DNA of 64,000 bases from Nanobdellota archaeon (lineage in GTDB: Archaea > Aenigmatarchaeota > Aenigmatarchaeia > QMZP01). Shown here in pieces: positions 38,224-46,638 of the stretch. How positions within the stretch are numbered: position 1 is the first letter of the stretch; every line of letters begins with the position of its first letter. The stretch lies in the NCBI GenBank assembly GCA_018816245.1, contig JAHIVW010000002.1, positions 18,314 through 82,313 on the forward strand, given 5' to 3'. Below the pieces are notes generated by a model that searched no databases, was not told the DNA's origin, and saw nothing but the letters and a program-made list of their open reading frames with translations. Made by a program: the position numbers and the translations under genes.

Positions 38224-38225
38224 CT

Positions 38226-38774
38226 ATGTTCATTCTGTGTGTGATTGGAAAAATCGGATCAGGCAAGGACGAGGTTGCAAAGTATCTCGCGAAACGCCAC
38301 GGGTTTTTCCATATCGATCTCGGCGACATCACACGAGACATTACACGAGAGTACAACCGGACACCGACACGGGAAAACCTTCAGCTGTCACAGAAAGAAT
38401 ATCGCGAAGCGCACGGAAGACACTCATTGGCTGAACGTGCAGTCAAGAAAATCAAGGAACAAGGGAGCGAGCATATTGTCGTGAGCGCCCTTCGCATCCC
38501 CGAAGATGCAGAGGTAATCAAACACGCATTTGGTGACACTTGCCTTTTCGTTGAAGTTGTTGCTGACCGTGCTGTGCGGCTCACCCGATTGAAAGCGCGA
38601 AAAAGTGACCGCGACCCGACGACCGAAGCCGAGTTCATCGAACACGAGCGGACAGAAGAGGAGCACTTCCCCTCAGAAGCAATGAAACCATTCATTCAGA
38701 AAACCATTTCAAATAACGGGACACTGGAAGAGTTACATAAGATCGTTGACCGGCTCCTTCGGGACATCCTTTAA
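38226..38774 (+). CDS. P-loop NMP-kinase-fold protein (UPF0200/dephospho-CoA-kinase-like)
   Basis: GKIGSGKD, R..RL..R..RD, I.NNGTLEEL. Confidence 0.8.
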   Translation: MFILCVIGKIGSGKDEVAKYLAKRHGFFHIDLGDITRDITREYNRTPTRENLQLSQKEYREAHGRHSLAERAVKKIKEQGSEHIVVSALRIPEDAEVIKHAFGDTCLFVEVVADRAVRLTRLKARKSDRDPTTEAEFIEHERTEEEHFPSEAMKPFIQKTISNNGTLEELHKIVDRLLRDIL

Positions 38775-38812
38775 ATAGCATCCCATCAATTACACCCAAC
38801 GTGGTGATTCCC

Positions 38813-39355
38813 ATGGAACGAACCTTCCTCTTGATCAAGCCGGATGGCGTTACCAGAGGCCTCGTTGGCGATATTCTTTCCCGTTTCGAGAAGGCAGAGC
38901 TCAGGATCGTTGGCATGAAGCTGCTCGTGCCGACCGCGGATCTCATCAGGAAGCACTACCCTTCTTCAGATGAATGGCTCGGGACCGCAGGAAACAAGAC
39001 CCTGCGTGATTATGAAAAGAACAGAATCGATCCCAAGAAGGAACTGGGCACCAACGATCCCATCAAGATCGGGAAGATGATCAAGGAATGGCTCATCACC
39101 TACCTAACCAGCGGCCCGGTGGTTGCCATGGTCTTGGAAGGCAACCATGCAATCGAGAACGTCCGGCGATTAGTCGGCCCGACCCTCCCGATTCTTGCAG
39201 GACCAGGAACCATCCGCGGCGACTATTCCTGTGAATCACCTGACCTGTCAAACAAGGAACGCCGCCCGGTCAAAAACCTTGTCCACGCAAGCGGGGACGC
39301 GAGCGAAGCAAAGAACGAGATCGCTCTCTGGTTCAAGAAGCACGAGCTGCTCTAA
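38813..39355 (+). CDS. ndk: Nucleoside-diphosphate kinase
   Basis: ERTFLLIKPDGV.RGLVG, SGPVVAM, PGTIRGDY, NLVHAS. Confidence 0.95.
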   Translation: MERTFLLIKPDGVTRGLVGDILSRFEKAELRIVGMKLLVPTADLIRKHYPSSDEWLGTAGNKTLRDYEKNRIDPKKELGTNDPIKIGKMIKEWLITYLTSGPVVAMVLEGNHAIENVRRLVGPTLPILAGPGTIRGDYSCESPDLSNKERRPVKNLVHASGDASEAKNEIALWFKKHELL

Positions 39356-39384
39356 TTTATACCTGAACGTCTAACGGGGTGTTC

Positions 39385-39993
39385 ATGCCGAAGGGGAAAT
39401 TCATTGTTTTTGAGGGAATTGACGGTTCGGGGACCGAGACGCAGTCCAAGCGGCTGTTCGAGTATCTGCTTGCTCACAAGACACCGGCAAATAAAGTGAG
39501 CTATCCTGATTATGAAGGACCGTTCACATCCCTGTTTGAAGATTATTTGTACAAGAAGATCGACCTCAACCCAGAGACGCAGCTCCTTATCTATGCAACC
39601 GATATGGCAAAGGACAGGGAACAGATTGCAACGTGGCTTTCCGAGGGACGTATTGTGATCGCTGATCGTTACCTGACGTCTGCGCTTGCGTATCAAGGTG
39701 CGAATGGACTTCCAGTTGAGTTTGGGTTGAAGTTTGCTCGATTACTGAAACTTCCGAAACCAGATGTTGTGTTTTTCCTGAATGTGAGCCCGGCGACGTC
39801 GATTTCCCGGAAGCTTCGTGAGAAAACGAACCTTGATCGACATGAATCAAACGAGCGGTACCTGAAAGATGTCAACAGTCTGTACAAAAAACTGGCAACA
39901 GGAAAGGTCTTCGGGGAGTGGAAAACGATTAACGCTGAAATATCCGCGGACGACGTGTTCCAGAAAATAAAAGATCATCTCGGGTTAGTTTGA
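39385..39993 (+). CDS. tmk: Thymidylate kinase
   Basis: FIVFEGIDGSGTETQ (P-loop Lys replaced by Thr), ADRY..S.LAYQ, PKPD, LDRHE. Confidence 0.85.
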   Translation: MPKGKFIVFEGIDGSGTETQSKRLFEYLLAHKTPANKVSYPDYEGPFTSLFEDYLYKKIDLNPETQLLIYATDMAKDREQIATWLSEGRIVIADRYLTSALAYQGANGLPVEFGLKFARLLKLPKPDVVFFLNVSPATSISRKLREKTNLDRHESNERYLKDVNSLYKKLATGKVFGEWKTINAEISADDVFQKIKDHLGLV

Positions 39994-39995
39994 AC

Positions 39996-40559
39996 TCATT
40001 CTACAATTTCACCGGTGGTGAGATTTCGATACTGTCCCGATCGGTCAAGAGCGATTGTTGCGCCTCCGTTGTTCGTCCACGCCGGCGATTCTACATCATC
40101 CGGAATCCCAAACACGGTTACATATCTTTCCCAGGTTGCAAAGCCAACAGCAGCAAGTTCCTGATAGACACCCTGGAGATCTGGGTGGAAAGCGGAATAC
40201 TCCGGATTGATAACAAGTATTTCGTTAACTGCTTGGCGTGCTCGCCAGACATCGCCTTCTCGTAAATACGCTTCAGCAACGTGAGTGAGCGCCCTTGCTC
40301 GTTCTATATCATCTAGTGCCCAGTTCGCTGCCTCCTCGAGCTTGGTGATTCCTTCTGTCGTTCTTCCTCGACCAAGGTCAATACACCCATCTTGAAAAAG
40401 TGTCTTCACAGCATCGTCTGGTGTCTCGTACGAGCCGCGATCTGAATTGAATGAATAAACAGGTCTTGACACAACCTGCCCATAAGGACACGAAATAGTT
40501 TGCGGGACGCAGGGTCCTTCTTCCAGCGTGCCGCGTGGGGCATGGCGCGGATAGGCCAT
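39996..40559 (-). CDS. Hypothetical protein with TPR-like helical pairs
   Basis: ALTHVAEAYLREGDVWRARQAVNEILVINP. Confidence 0.55.
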   Translation of the reverse strand: MAYPRHAPRGTLEEGPCVPQTISCPYGQVVSRPVYSFNSDRGSYETPDDAVKTLFQDGCIDLGRGRTTEGITKLEEAANWALDDIERARALTHVAEAYLREGDVWRARQAVNEILVINPEYSAFHPDLQGVYQELAAVGFATWERYVTVFGIPDDVESPAWTNNGGATIALDRSGQYRNLTTGEIVE

Positions 40560-40611
40560 AGCATCTGATGGTGGTTCCCCCTATATATCACCTCGTCCTG
40601 AAAACATTCTC

Positions 40612-41472
40612 TTAGGAATATTCTGTCAGCTTCGTATTCTTTGCAACCGGGACGTCAGCAGCAAGCACCTGTCGGAGATGATCAAGCTTCTGTTTCGCGA
40701 GGGCCTCGTTCCGAACCAATACCACATCAACAGCGCACGCTTTGAACAAGACATCGTAGAGCTGCGCGACACCCGTCGTTGCTGATCCCAAGTTCAAAAA
40801 TGCGGCATCGAGCTCCTGAACTACGTCGTGAGGATAGTAGACCTCGACAACGAGGCCGTCGGTAACGAAGATATCAGCGCCGCCAGGAAAACCTACTGTC
40901 CGAACCGTTGCACGACACTCAGCATAGAGCTGCGCAAGCGCCTGATCTCCTGGTGTTTGCCGGGCAACGGCAAACACCGTCGGCACTCGAAGCAACTCGC
41001 GGAACTGAACATAACTCTGTGAATGCTGGATGAACGGCCACCATAAATGGCGGACCAGTCCAGCCTGCAACGACACGTCCCGTTGTTTCACGTACGCACC
41101 AATCGTCCCAAAGAAGTAGCCCAGAAATTCAGCAATCGATCCAAACTGTTTGGTGAAGGTTTGTCCTGTCGCCTTCAGGAGCGGGGCATTTGATCCATCA
41201 ACACCGTAGACATGGTCGACGCGTTTCCCAAAGGACCGGAGGCGGAGCATCCAATCCCGGTCAAGGAGATAGCCGGTGTCCGAACGGACGAGCACACGTT
41301 GCACCACCAACCATTTCACTGTTTTGTGGACAGCTTGATAGGTCACTGCCAATCCCAATCGGCGGATCTCGTTGTAGATCTTCTTTGCGGTGAGTGGACA
41401 CTGATCACCAAGAATCATGATAACCGCATCACGTGTTGTTCGTGGGGTGTTCGAGAGCAAGGGGTACAGCAT
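40612..41472 (-). CDS. Putative transcription regulator with N-terminal winged helix
   Basis: TRDAVIMILG..PLTAKKIYN..VTYQAVHKTVKWL..VL..Y.L..W. Confidence 0.7.
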   Translation of the reverse strand: MLYPLLSNTPRTTRDAVIMILGDQCPLTAKKIYNEIRRLGLAVTYQAVHKTVKWLVVQRVLVRSDTGYLLDRDWMLRLRSFGKRVDHVYGVDGSNAPLLKATGQTFTKQFGSIAEFLGYFFGTIGAYVKQRDVSLQAGLVRHLWWPFIQHSQSYVQFRELLRVPTVFAVARQTPGDQALAQLYAECRATVRTVGFPGGADIFVTDGLVVEVYYPHDVVQELDAAFLNLGSATTGVAQLYDVLFKACAVDVVLVRNEALAKQKLDHLRQVLAADVPVAKNTKLTEYS

Positions 41473-41550
41473 AACCAGATCAAGACAGCATGCATCTCTT
41501 CAAAACAAGAAAACTAATAAAATCATCTTGAGAACTTTTTCGTAAGAGAA

Positions 41551-42222
41551 CTATTTTTTGACAACAAGTCCTTTGGTGTCAATGAGCAGCGGATAGATAT
41601 CTTTTCCGTGGTTCGTTCGGCGCATCTTCCTGACTTGTAGTGTCCGTCCGGTTGCTTCTCCAGCACCAACATACGTGATCAGAATGACAGCATCGGCAAC
41701 ATATTCTTCCACACCAAACAATGATAGATGCTTTGTTCCTTCAGGAACCTCTGATGTCAGAATCGCTGTTATACCCTTTCTCCGTTTGATTGTGTTGATG
41801 ATGTTGATGAGTCGCCGACGAATCTCGGCTTTCGAATCCATTGTCATACCAAGCACGGTTGCAGAATCGATCACCAGTCGCTTGGCCTTCAAATCAGAGA
41901 TCTCATTTACAATTGTAGAGGAGAGATTCGATACCTGCGACGGATCATGATAGATGATTCGGAAGAGGTTTTTCTTCTCGTATTTTTCGAAGTCCCATCC
42001 AAAGGCCAACGCATCCCCTTTGATATCCTCGGGGCGCTCTTCAAGCGTGATAAAGAGACCACTCTCTCCATTCTGGACCCCTTCCCAAAGGAACTGGGCG
42101 CCGAAGAGTGTCTTGCCAGAACCTGTTCCTCCTGACATGAGAACAACAGAACCTTCGACAAATCCCCCACCGACAAGCGAGTCCAAGCCAGGAATGCCTG
42201 TCTTAATACGCTTCTGGAGCAT
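41551..42222 (-). CDS. KaiC/RAD55-family ATPase (second paralog)
   Basis: KTGIPGLD..GG, GGTGSGKT, ITLEE, RLVIDS, RTLQVRKMRRTNH. Confidence 0.9.
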   Translation of the reverse strand: MLQKRIKTGIPGLDSLVGGGFVEGSVVLMSGGTGSGKTLFGAQFLWEGVQNGESGLFITLEERPEDIKGDALAFGWDFEKYEKKNLFRIIYHDPSQVSNLSSTIVNEISDLKAKRLVIDSATVLGMTMDSKAEIRRRLINIINTIKRRKGITAILTSEVPEGTKHLSLFGVEEYVADAVILITYVGAGEATGRTLQVRKMRRTNHGKDIYPLLIDTKGLVVKK

Positions 42223-42289
42223 GCTCTCTAGTATTGGTGAGGCGTCTTATATAGGGGACGCTTAAAAGTCTCTCCCCACAGAAAACCGT

Positions 42290-43351
42290 ATGGACATTGC
42301 ATCGGTCTTTACTAAATATAAGCCAATCGTGGAGCGGGCACTTGAGAAATACTTGCCCCGGACGGTGACGAATGACTATCTCGCTTGGCTCCTCGGCAAG
42401 CCACGCTTCGCGTATGACGTTGACGCCTTTCAGAAGGCGATTACCAATCCGATCTGGGATTTCTTGGACCGGGGTGGCAAGCGATGGAGGCCAATTTTCA
42501 TGTTCATCACTGCCAAAGCATTTGGCGCAGATGTCGAAAAGCTCAAGGATTTTTCGGTCATCCCTGAATTTGCACACAACGGTTCCATAATCGTCGACGA
42601 CATTGAAGATCAGGGACAACTCCGCCGAGGCAAACCGTGCATGCACCATTTGTTTGGAACGGACATCGCAATCAATGCAGGAAACTTCTTGTACTTCTTA
42701 CCGTCGATTGTTCTCTCAAAGAACAAGGACATTCCCGAAGAACAACGCTTGCGCGCATACGAGCTGTTCTGTCAAGAGATGACAAACATACATCTGGGAC
42801 AAGGGACAGACATCCACTGGCACAAAGGGCAGGCAGAAACCATTGAAGAGAAACAGTACCTGCAGATGTGCTCATACAAGACCGGTTGCTTGGCACGCAT
42901 GGCGGCTCGGCTCGGCGTCATCCTCGCTGGTGGCACACCAGAACAGGAAGCTGCAATGGGACGCATCGGTGAAGCTGTCGGGGTTGCGTTCCAGATTCAG
43001 GATGATATTCTTTCAGCAAGCGCGACTGGTGAGTTTGCCAAACGGAAAGGCTATGGTGATGATATTACTGAAGGCAAGCGGACGCTGATCGTCCTGCAGA
43101 CGTTGAAAAAGGCACCAGAAACAGAAAAGAAGCGGCTGCTCGAGATCCTGAACAAGCACACAACCGACGAACCATTGATCACCGAAGCATTGACGATTCT
43201 TCAGAAACACGGCGGAATCGAGTATTCCCGTGAAAAAGCCAAGGCGCTTGTTGATGAGGCACTCAAAGAGGCGATCCCACTGATTCCGAACAAGGATGCT
43301 GCGGAGGAATACGAGGCCTTCATCCGCTACATGATCGAGCGGAAGATTTAA
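42290..43351 (+). CDS. Short-chain polyprenyl diphosphate synthase (GGPP synthase)
   Basis: GGKRWRP, IVDDIED..RRGKP, AINAG, GQGTD, YKTG, FQIQDD, DITEGKRT. Confidence 0.92.
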   Translation: MDIASVFTKYKPIVERALEKYLPRTVTNDYLAWLLGKPRFAYDVDAFQKAITNPIWDFLDRGGKRWRPIFMFITAKAFGADVEKLKDFSVIPEFAHNGSIIVDDIEDQGQLRRGKPCMHHLFGTDIAINAGNFLYFLPSIVLSKNKDIPEEQRLRAYELFCQEMTNIHLGQGTDIHWHKGQAETIEEKQYLQMCSYKTGCLARMAARLGVILAGGTPEQEAAMGRIGEAVGVAFQIQDDILSASATGEFAKRKGYGDDITEGKRTLIVLQTLKKAPETEKKRLLEILNKHTTDEPLITEALTILQKHGGIEYSREKAKALVDEALKEAIPLIPNKDAAEEYEAFIRYMIERKI

Positions 43352-43408
43352 CGTTTATAAACACAACCACGAAAAAGGAGATACCGGAAAGAGCTGAATT
43401 GTGGTTTT

Positions 43409-43576
43409 ATGAAAATAATCAGTAAGTTGCGCGAATACATTCGCGTGGTCCAGATTGCGCGGAAGCCGAACAAAGAGGAATATTTCATGGCGACGAAGGT
43501 CTCCGCCATTGGCATCGCCATTATCGGTGTCATTGGCTTTGCGATCTTCCTTGTCTATATCCTCACAGGAATCTGA
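43409..43576 (+). CDS. secE: Preprotein translocase subunit SecE (Sec61-gamma); absent from ORF track
   Basis: EYIRVVQIARKPNKEEY..K.SAIGIAIIGVIGFAIF; directly upstream of spt5. Confidence 0.92.
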   Translation: MKIISKLREYIRVVQIARKPNKEEYFMATKVSAIGIAIIGVIGFAIFLVYILTGI

Positions 43577-43577
43577 T

Positions 43578-44030
43578 ATGAATCTCTACACGATCCGAAC
43601 AACCACTGGACGAGAAGACATTGTTATCGATCTCTTGCAGACCAAGCTCCGAACTGAACAGCTGGACATCAAGAGCGTGTTCCATCCCGCGGAGATCAAG
43701 GGGTATATCTTCGCTGAAGGCAGCCTGGGTGCGATCCACAAGGCAGTCTCCGGCATGCTCCATGTCCGGGGCGTGATGGACAACCCTGTGAAGCTCTCGG
43801 AGATCGAGCACTTCCTCAAGTACGAGAAGGACCGCGTGAAGGTCGAGATCGGTGATATCGTTGAGATCATCGGTGGGCCGTTCAAGGGCGAGAAGGGGAA
43901 GATCTCTCGCGTGGACAAGGTCAAGGATGAGGTCACGATCGAGCTCCTTGAAGCGAGTATCCCAATTCCCGTCACGATCGCTACGGAATTTGTCAAGGTC
44001 ATCAAGCTCGCGCCAAAGAACGATGACTAA
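43578..44030 (+). CDS. spt5: Transcription elongation factor Spt5
   Basis: RTTTGRE, KGYIFAE, KOW motif GDIVEIIGGPFKGEKG, IPIPVT. Confidence 0.95.
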   Translation: MNLYTIRTTTGREDIVIDLLQTKLRTEQLDIKSVFHPAEIKGYIFAEGSLGAIHKAVSGMLHVRGVMDNPVKLSEIEHFLKYEKDRVKVEIGDIVEIIGGPFKGEKGKISRVDKVKDEVTIELLEASIPIPVTIATEFVKVIKLAPKNDD

Positions 44031-44059
44031 TTTAAGCTTCTCTTCCTGAGGGATACCCT

Positions 44060-44650
44060 ATGGCCAAGCAAACTATCAACGCGCTCGTGGAAGGCGGCAA
44101 GGCAAGCGCAGGCCCGCCACTGGGACCGACCTTGGGAGCATTGAAGGCACCTGTCCCACAGATCATCCAGGTCATCAATGAGAAGACCAAGGATATGAAA
44201 GGGATGCAGGTTCCTATCACCATCCAGTATGATACTGACACGAAGAAGTTCGAGATTGAGGTTGGGACACCCCCGGTTTCTGCCCTCATTAAGAAGGAGC
44301 TCAACCTCAAGAAGGCCTCTGGTGAGGCTGGGAAGCAGCGAGTCGGTGACCTCTCTGAAGACCAGGTCGCCAAGGTCGCCAAGATCAAGTTCGGAACAGA
44401 TACTGATGCCTTCAAAAATCAGGTCAAGGGAACGGCCCGGAGCATGGGTGTATCCATTGGCAAGGGAGCCGTGACCCAGGAAGAGATCGCTGCCTACGAA
44501 GAGCAGAAGAAGGCAGAAGAGGCTGCTGAGACAGAGAAGAAGGAAGCCAAGGTCGCCAAGGAAGGCGAGAAGAAGCCTGAAGAGAAGAAGGACGAGAAAA
44601 AGGAAGCCCCCAAAAAAGAAGAGAAAAAGCCCGAAAAGAAGGGAAAGTAA
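44060..44650 (+). CDS. rpl11: 50S ribosomal protein uL11 with K/E-rich tail
   Basis: LVEGGKASAGPPLGP, INEKT, GTPPVSALIKKE, GTARSMG. Confidence 0.95.
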   Translation: MAKQTINALVEGGKASAGPPLGPTLGALKAPVPQIIQVINEKTKDMKGMQVPITIQYDTDTKKFEIEVGTPPVSALIKKELNLKKASGEAGKQRVGDLSEDQVAKVAKIKFGTDTDAFKNQVKGTARSMGVSIGKGAVTQEEIAAYEEQKKAEEAAETEKKEAKVAKEGEKKPEEKKDEKKEAPKKEEKKPEKKGK

Positions 44651-44702
44651 GCCTCAGTCAAAATCCGATAGCTATTTAAAAATGAGTCCCTCCTTGGTAG
44701 TT

Positions 44703-45140
44703 ATGAAGCGCGTTGTTGTCTCGTTTTGGATCAGTATTGTGATCGCTGCAATGCTCTTACTCCTAATTCTCGGCGGGATCTTTGGAATCCTGTATTTTGA
44801 CCTATTACTCGCAGTGGTTGCGCTGGGTCTTGCCATTGAGATGTTGTTCCTTGAGGTCATGAGCCTGCGGAACGCCAAGGAGAACCACAAGCTGCGGACA
44901 GACATGGCCTTGCTGACCCAGTGGATGGAAGAGACACAGGCAGAATCCCATCAACGGAAGAGCGTGGCGGACAACCGGATCGTCCGGCTGGACGCGCGCC
45001 GGGCAGCGCTTGAGCGGAAGCTGAGCAAACAGATTGCGGAAACCAAGAAGCAGATCAAGGCCACGGACAAGAAGCTGACTGACCTGAACAAGAAGGTGCG
45101 GCCGCACCTGCGGCATCTGATTGTGCGGAAGCGGCGGTAG
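44703..45140 (+). CDS. Two-TM protein with C-terminal coiled coil
   Basis: Hydrophobic N-terminal hairpin followed by a heptad-rich basic tail. Confidence 0.6.
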   Translation: MKRVVVSFWISIVIAAMLLLLILGGIFGILYFDLLLAVVALGLAIEMLFLEVMSLRNAKENHKLRTDMALLTQWMEETQAESHQRKSVADNRIVRLDARRAALERKLSKQIAETKKQIKATDKKLTDLNKKVRPHLRHLIVRKRR

Positions 45141-45172
45141 GCGCTTTTTAGGAATAGCATCAATATCTTATC

Positions 45173-45466
45173 GTGGAAACGAGATTGTTGGTTGCGCTCG
45201 GAATAATTGTGATTTTTTTCCTTGTTGTTTTATTATCTGTTTCAGGATACGTGAAACCAGAGAAGTTCTGTAATACAGATGCTGATTGCACAACAAGCTG
45301 TGGAAAAGAAATAGGTCGAGGTGATTGTTTTAATAAAGGTTTTGTATTACCCGACAATCCTCCAGACGGCATCTGTTGTCTCTGTGAGGATTGTAGATCG
45401 TGTATAACATGTGAGTGTATATCAAATACCTGTGTCTCGAAAAGCACCGGCGGCCGTTGCTGTTGA
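45173..45466 (+). CDS. Small TM-anchored Cys-rich protein
   Basis: GTG start, TM helix, CNTDADC..C..CECISNTC motif; AT-rich. Confidence 0.55.
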   Translation: METRLLVALGIIVIFFLVVLLSVSGYVKPEKFCNTDADCTTSCGKEIGRGDCFNKGFVLPDNPPDGICCLCEDCRSCITCECISNTCVSKSTGGRCC

Positions 45467-45507
45467 TTATTTGGTATACAGCTTCTATTTGCAAGTATGG
45501 AAAGATC

Positions 45508-45741
45508 TTAGCCGTTTCTCAATAGCTTCTCAAAGGCGGTTTTTATCTGAACTTCTGCCGGAGATGCCGCTTGATGATGTCTTTGTCCCTTTGTGTCGGT
45601 CGCCAGCCATTTGGCTTCCGGAACGTTGTTGACAGCAGGATACTTTCTCACGTGGCCGAGGAGCATGAAGATTTCCCGGTACTCAGCGACGAGATGCTGG
45701 TCAGCCAGCACACGAGGGGGTAGGAGATTGACGCGGACCAA
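45508..45741 (-). pseudogene. Pyrimidine-dimer DNA glycosylase (T4 endonuclease V-like) pseudogene
   Basis: VRVNL.P..LADQHLVAEYREI intact; middle apparently missing; the C-terminal-like GWRPTQRDKDIIKRHLRQKFR*KP is in another frame with a stop. Confidence 0.7.
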
Positions 45742-45773
45742 AGAAAGCGTTGACCGCATCGCTTTTGTATCTT

Positions 45774-46199
45774 TTACCAATTCGATCTACTCTTTCCCGA
45801 AAACCTGAGCATGTCGATATTCGTGAAAACATTCACTTGCTGCTGATCGTTGAAATGAGGATCATGCGTCCAGATTCCATGTGCCTTGCTTACAAGACAG
45901 CAAGCTAAATAAGCGATATCGTCTGAATCGTGTATATCACCTTGGAGCGACTCAATGAACTCATTGTATTCTCGTTCAGGGATAATCTCTATTTGGTCGA
46001 AAATGATCTTCAGGAAGACGCCAAATCCATTCTCGGTGAGACCCGTTGCCTGGAGAACCCTTTCTTTTTGTTTCCGGACTTCTGTCAAGATGAAATCCGG
46101 TGCAATGAACGCGAAGAACGAATCAAGGAGGATCTCCCGGGTTGTGCTGTCTTTTATCATCGCTGCGAGGACTCTGTTCGAATCAATGACGATCCTCAT
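45774..46199 (-). CDS. PIN-domain (VapC-like) toxin
   Basis: IVIDSN..AAMIKD, EVRK, DSDDIAYLAC, IWTHDPHF. Confidence 0.88.
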   Translation of the reverse strand: MRIVIDSNRVLAAMIKDSTTREILLDSFFAFIAPDFILTEVRKQKERVLQATGLTENGFGVFLKIIFDQIEIIPEREYNEFIESLQGDIHDSDDIAYLACCLVSKAHGIWTHDPHFNDQQQVNVFTNIDMLRFSGKSRSNW

Positions 46200-46423
46200 T
46201 TGTGAAGACCGTGTCGCTCTGCAATACCCTTGTTGATCTTCCTGCCAAGTTCCAGCGCATCCTGTTCGGTAAGGGTACTCTTTACCAGAAGCTTGTCCAG
46301 AAGCTCGAGTGTTCTCGCCTTTTCCCACATCGCTTGCCGTGCCACTTCTGTCCATTTGACGTCCTTGTGCTTTTCCATGAGCTTGTGGAGTTCTACTGGA
46401 ACCGCGAGTGTCATGTTAGTCAT
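46196..46423 (-). CDS. Ribbon-helix-helix antitoxin (VapB-like)
   Basis: NMTLAVPVELHKLMEKH..KWTEVARQA; ATGA overlap with the PIN gene. Confidence 0.85.
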   Translation of the reverse strand: MTNMTLAVPVELHKLMEKHKDVKWTEVARQAMWEKARTLELLDKLLVKSTLTEQDALELGRKINKGIAERHGLHK

Positions 46424-46438
46424 ATTTACCACCTTACT

Positions 46439-46462
46439 TATGTGAAGTATTTATTCCACATA
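46439..46462. promoter_or_regulatory. Putative TA operator (imperfect inverted repeat)
   Basis: TATGTGAAGTA..TATTCCACATA between a minus-strand TATA box (about 46461-46470) and the antitoxin start. Confidence 0.5.
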
Positions 46463-46552
46463 TTTATAAGGTTCGCAAAGTGGGTCTTCTTGAACTCCAT
46501 GGTTGACTGGTCATGTGTTGAAATAAAATGGAGGTTGATTTCTGCCCAATAT

Positions 46553-46567
46553 TATAACATTGTTATA
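46553..46567. repeat. Dispersed palindrome copy 5 (perfect TATAACA-T-TGTTATA)
   Basis: Between the TA module and the rpl1 TATA box (TTATAAA at 46575). Confidence 0.78.
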
Positions 46568-46604
46568 CTCAATCTTATAAACTTACACCCCTCATCATAA
46601 TTCC

Positions 46605-46634
46605 TATCCGTTACACTGCTTCGGCAGGAGGATG
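46605..46634 (+). promoter_or_regulatory. Putative uL1-binding autoregulatory leader hairpin covering the SD
   Basis: UAUCC[GUUACA]CUGC-UUCG-GCAG[GA]GGAUG; G[GA]G opposite C[6 nt]C internal loop as in known L1 targets. Confidence 0.65.
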
Positions 46635-46638
46635 CGTT

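Noticed and set aside
9900..42222. Circadian clock inferred from two KaiC-like genes
   Set aside because: Both are single-domain RAD55/KaiC-like ATPases common in archaea, and no KaiA or KaiB is present in the window.
44500..44650. Repeat-like GAAGAAG tract at the end of rpl11
   Set aside because: It simply encodes a low-complexity Lys/Glu tail.
46553..46567. Canonical Xer dif site or integron attC
   Set aside because: The ATAA-TTAT spacer is 5 rather than 6 bp with no 11-bp arms, and the site is far too short for an attC hairpin; kept only as an analogy.
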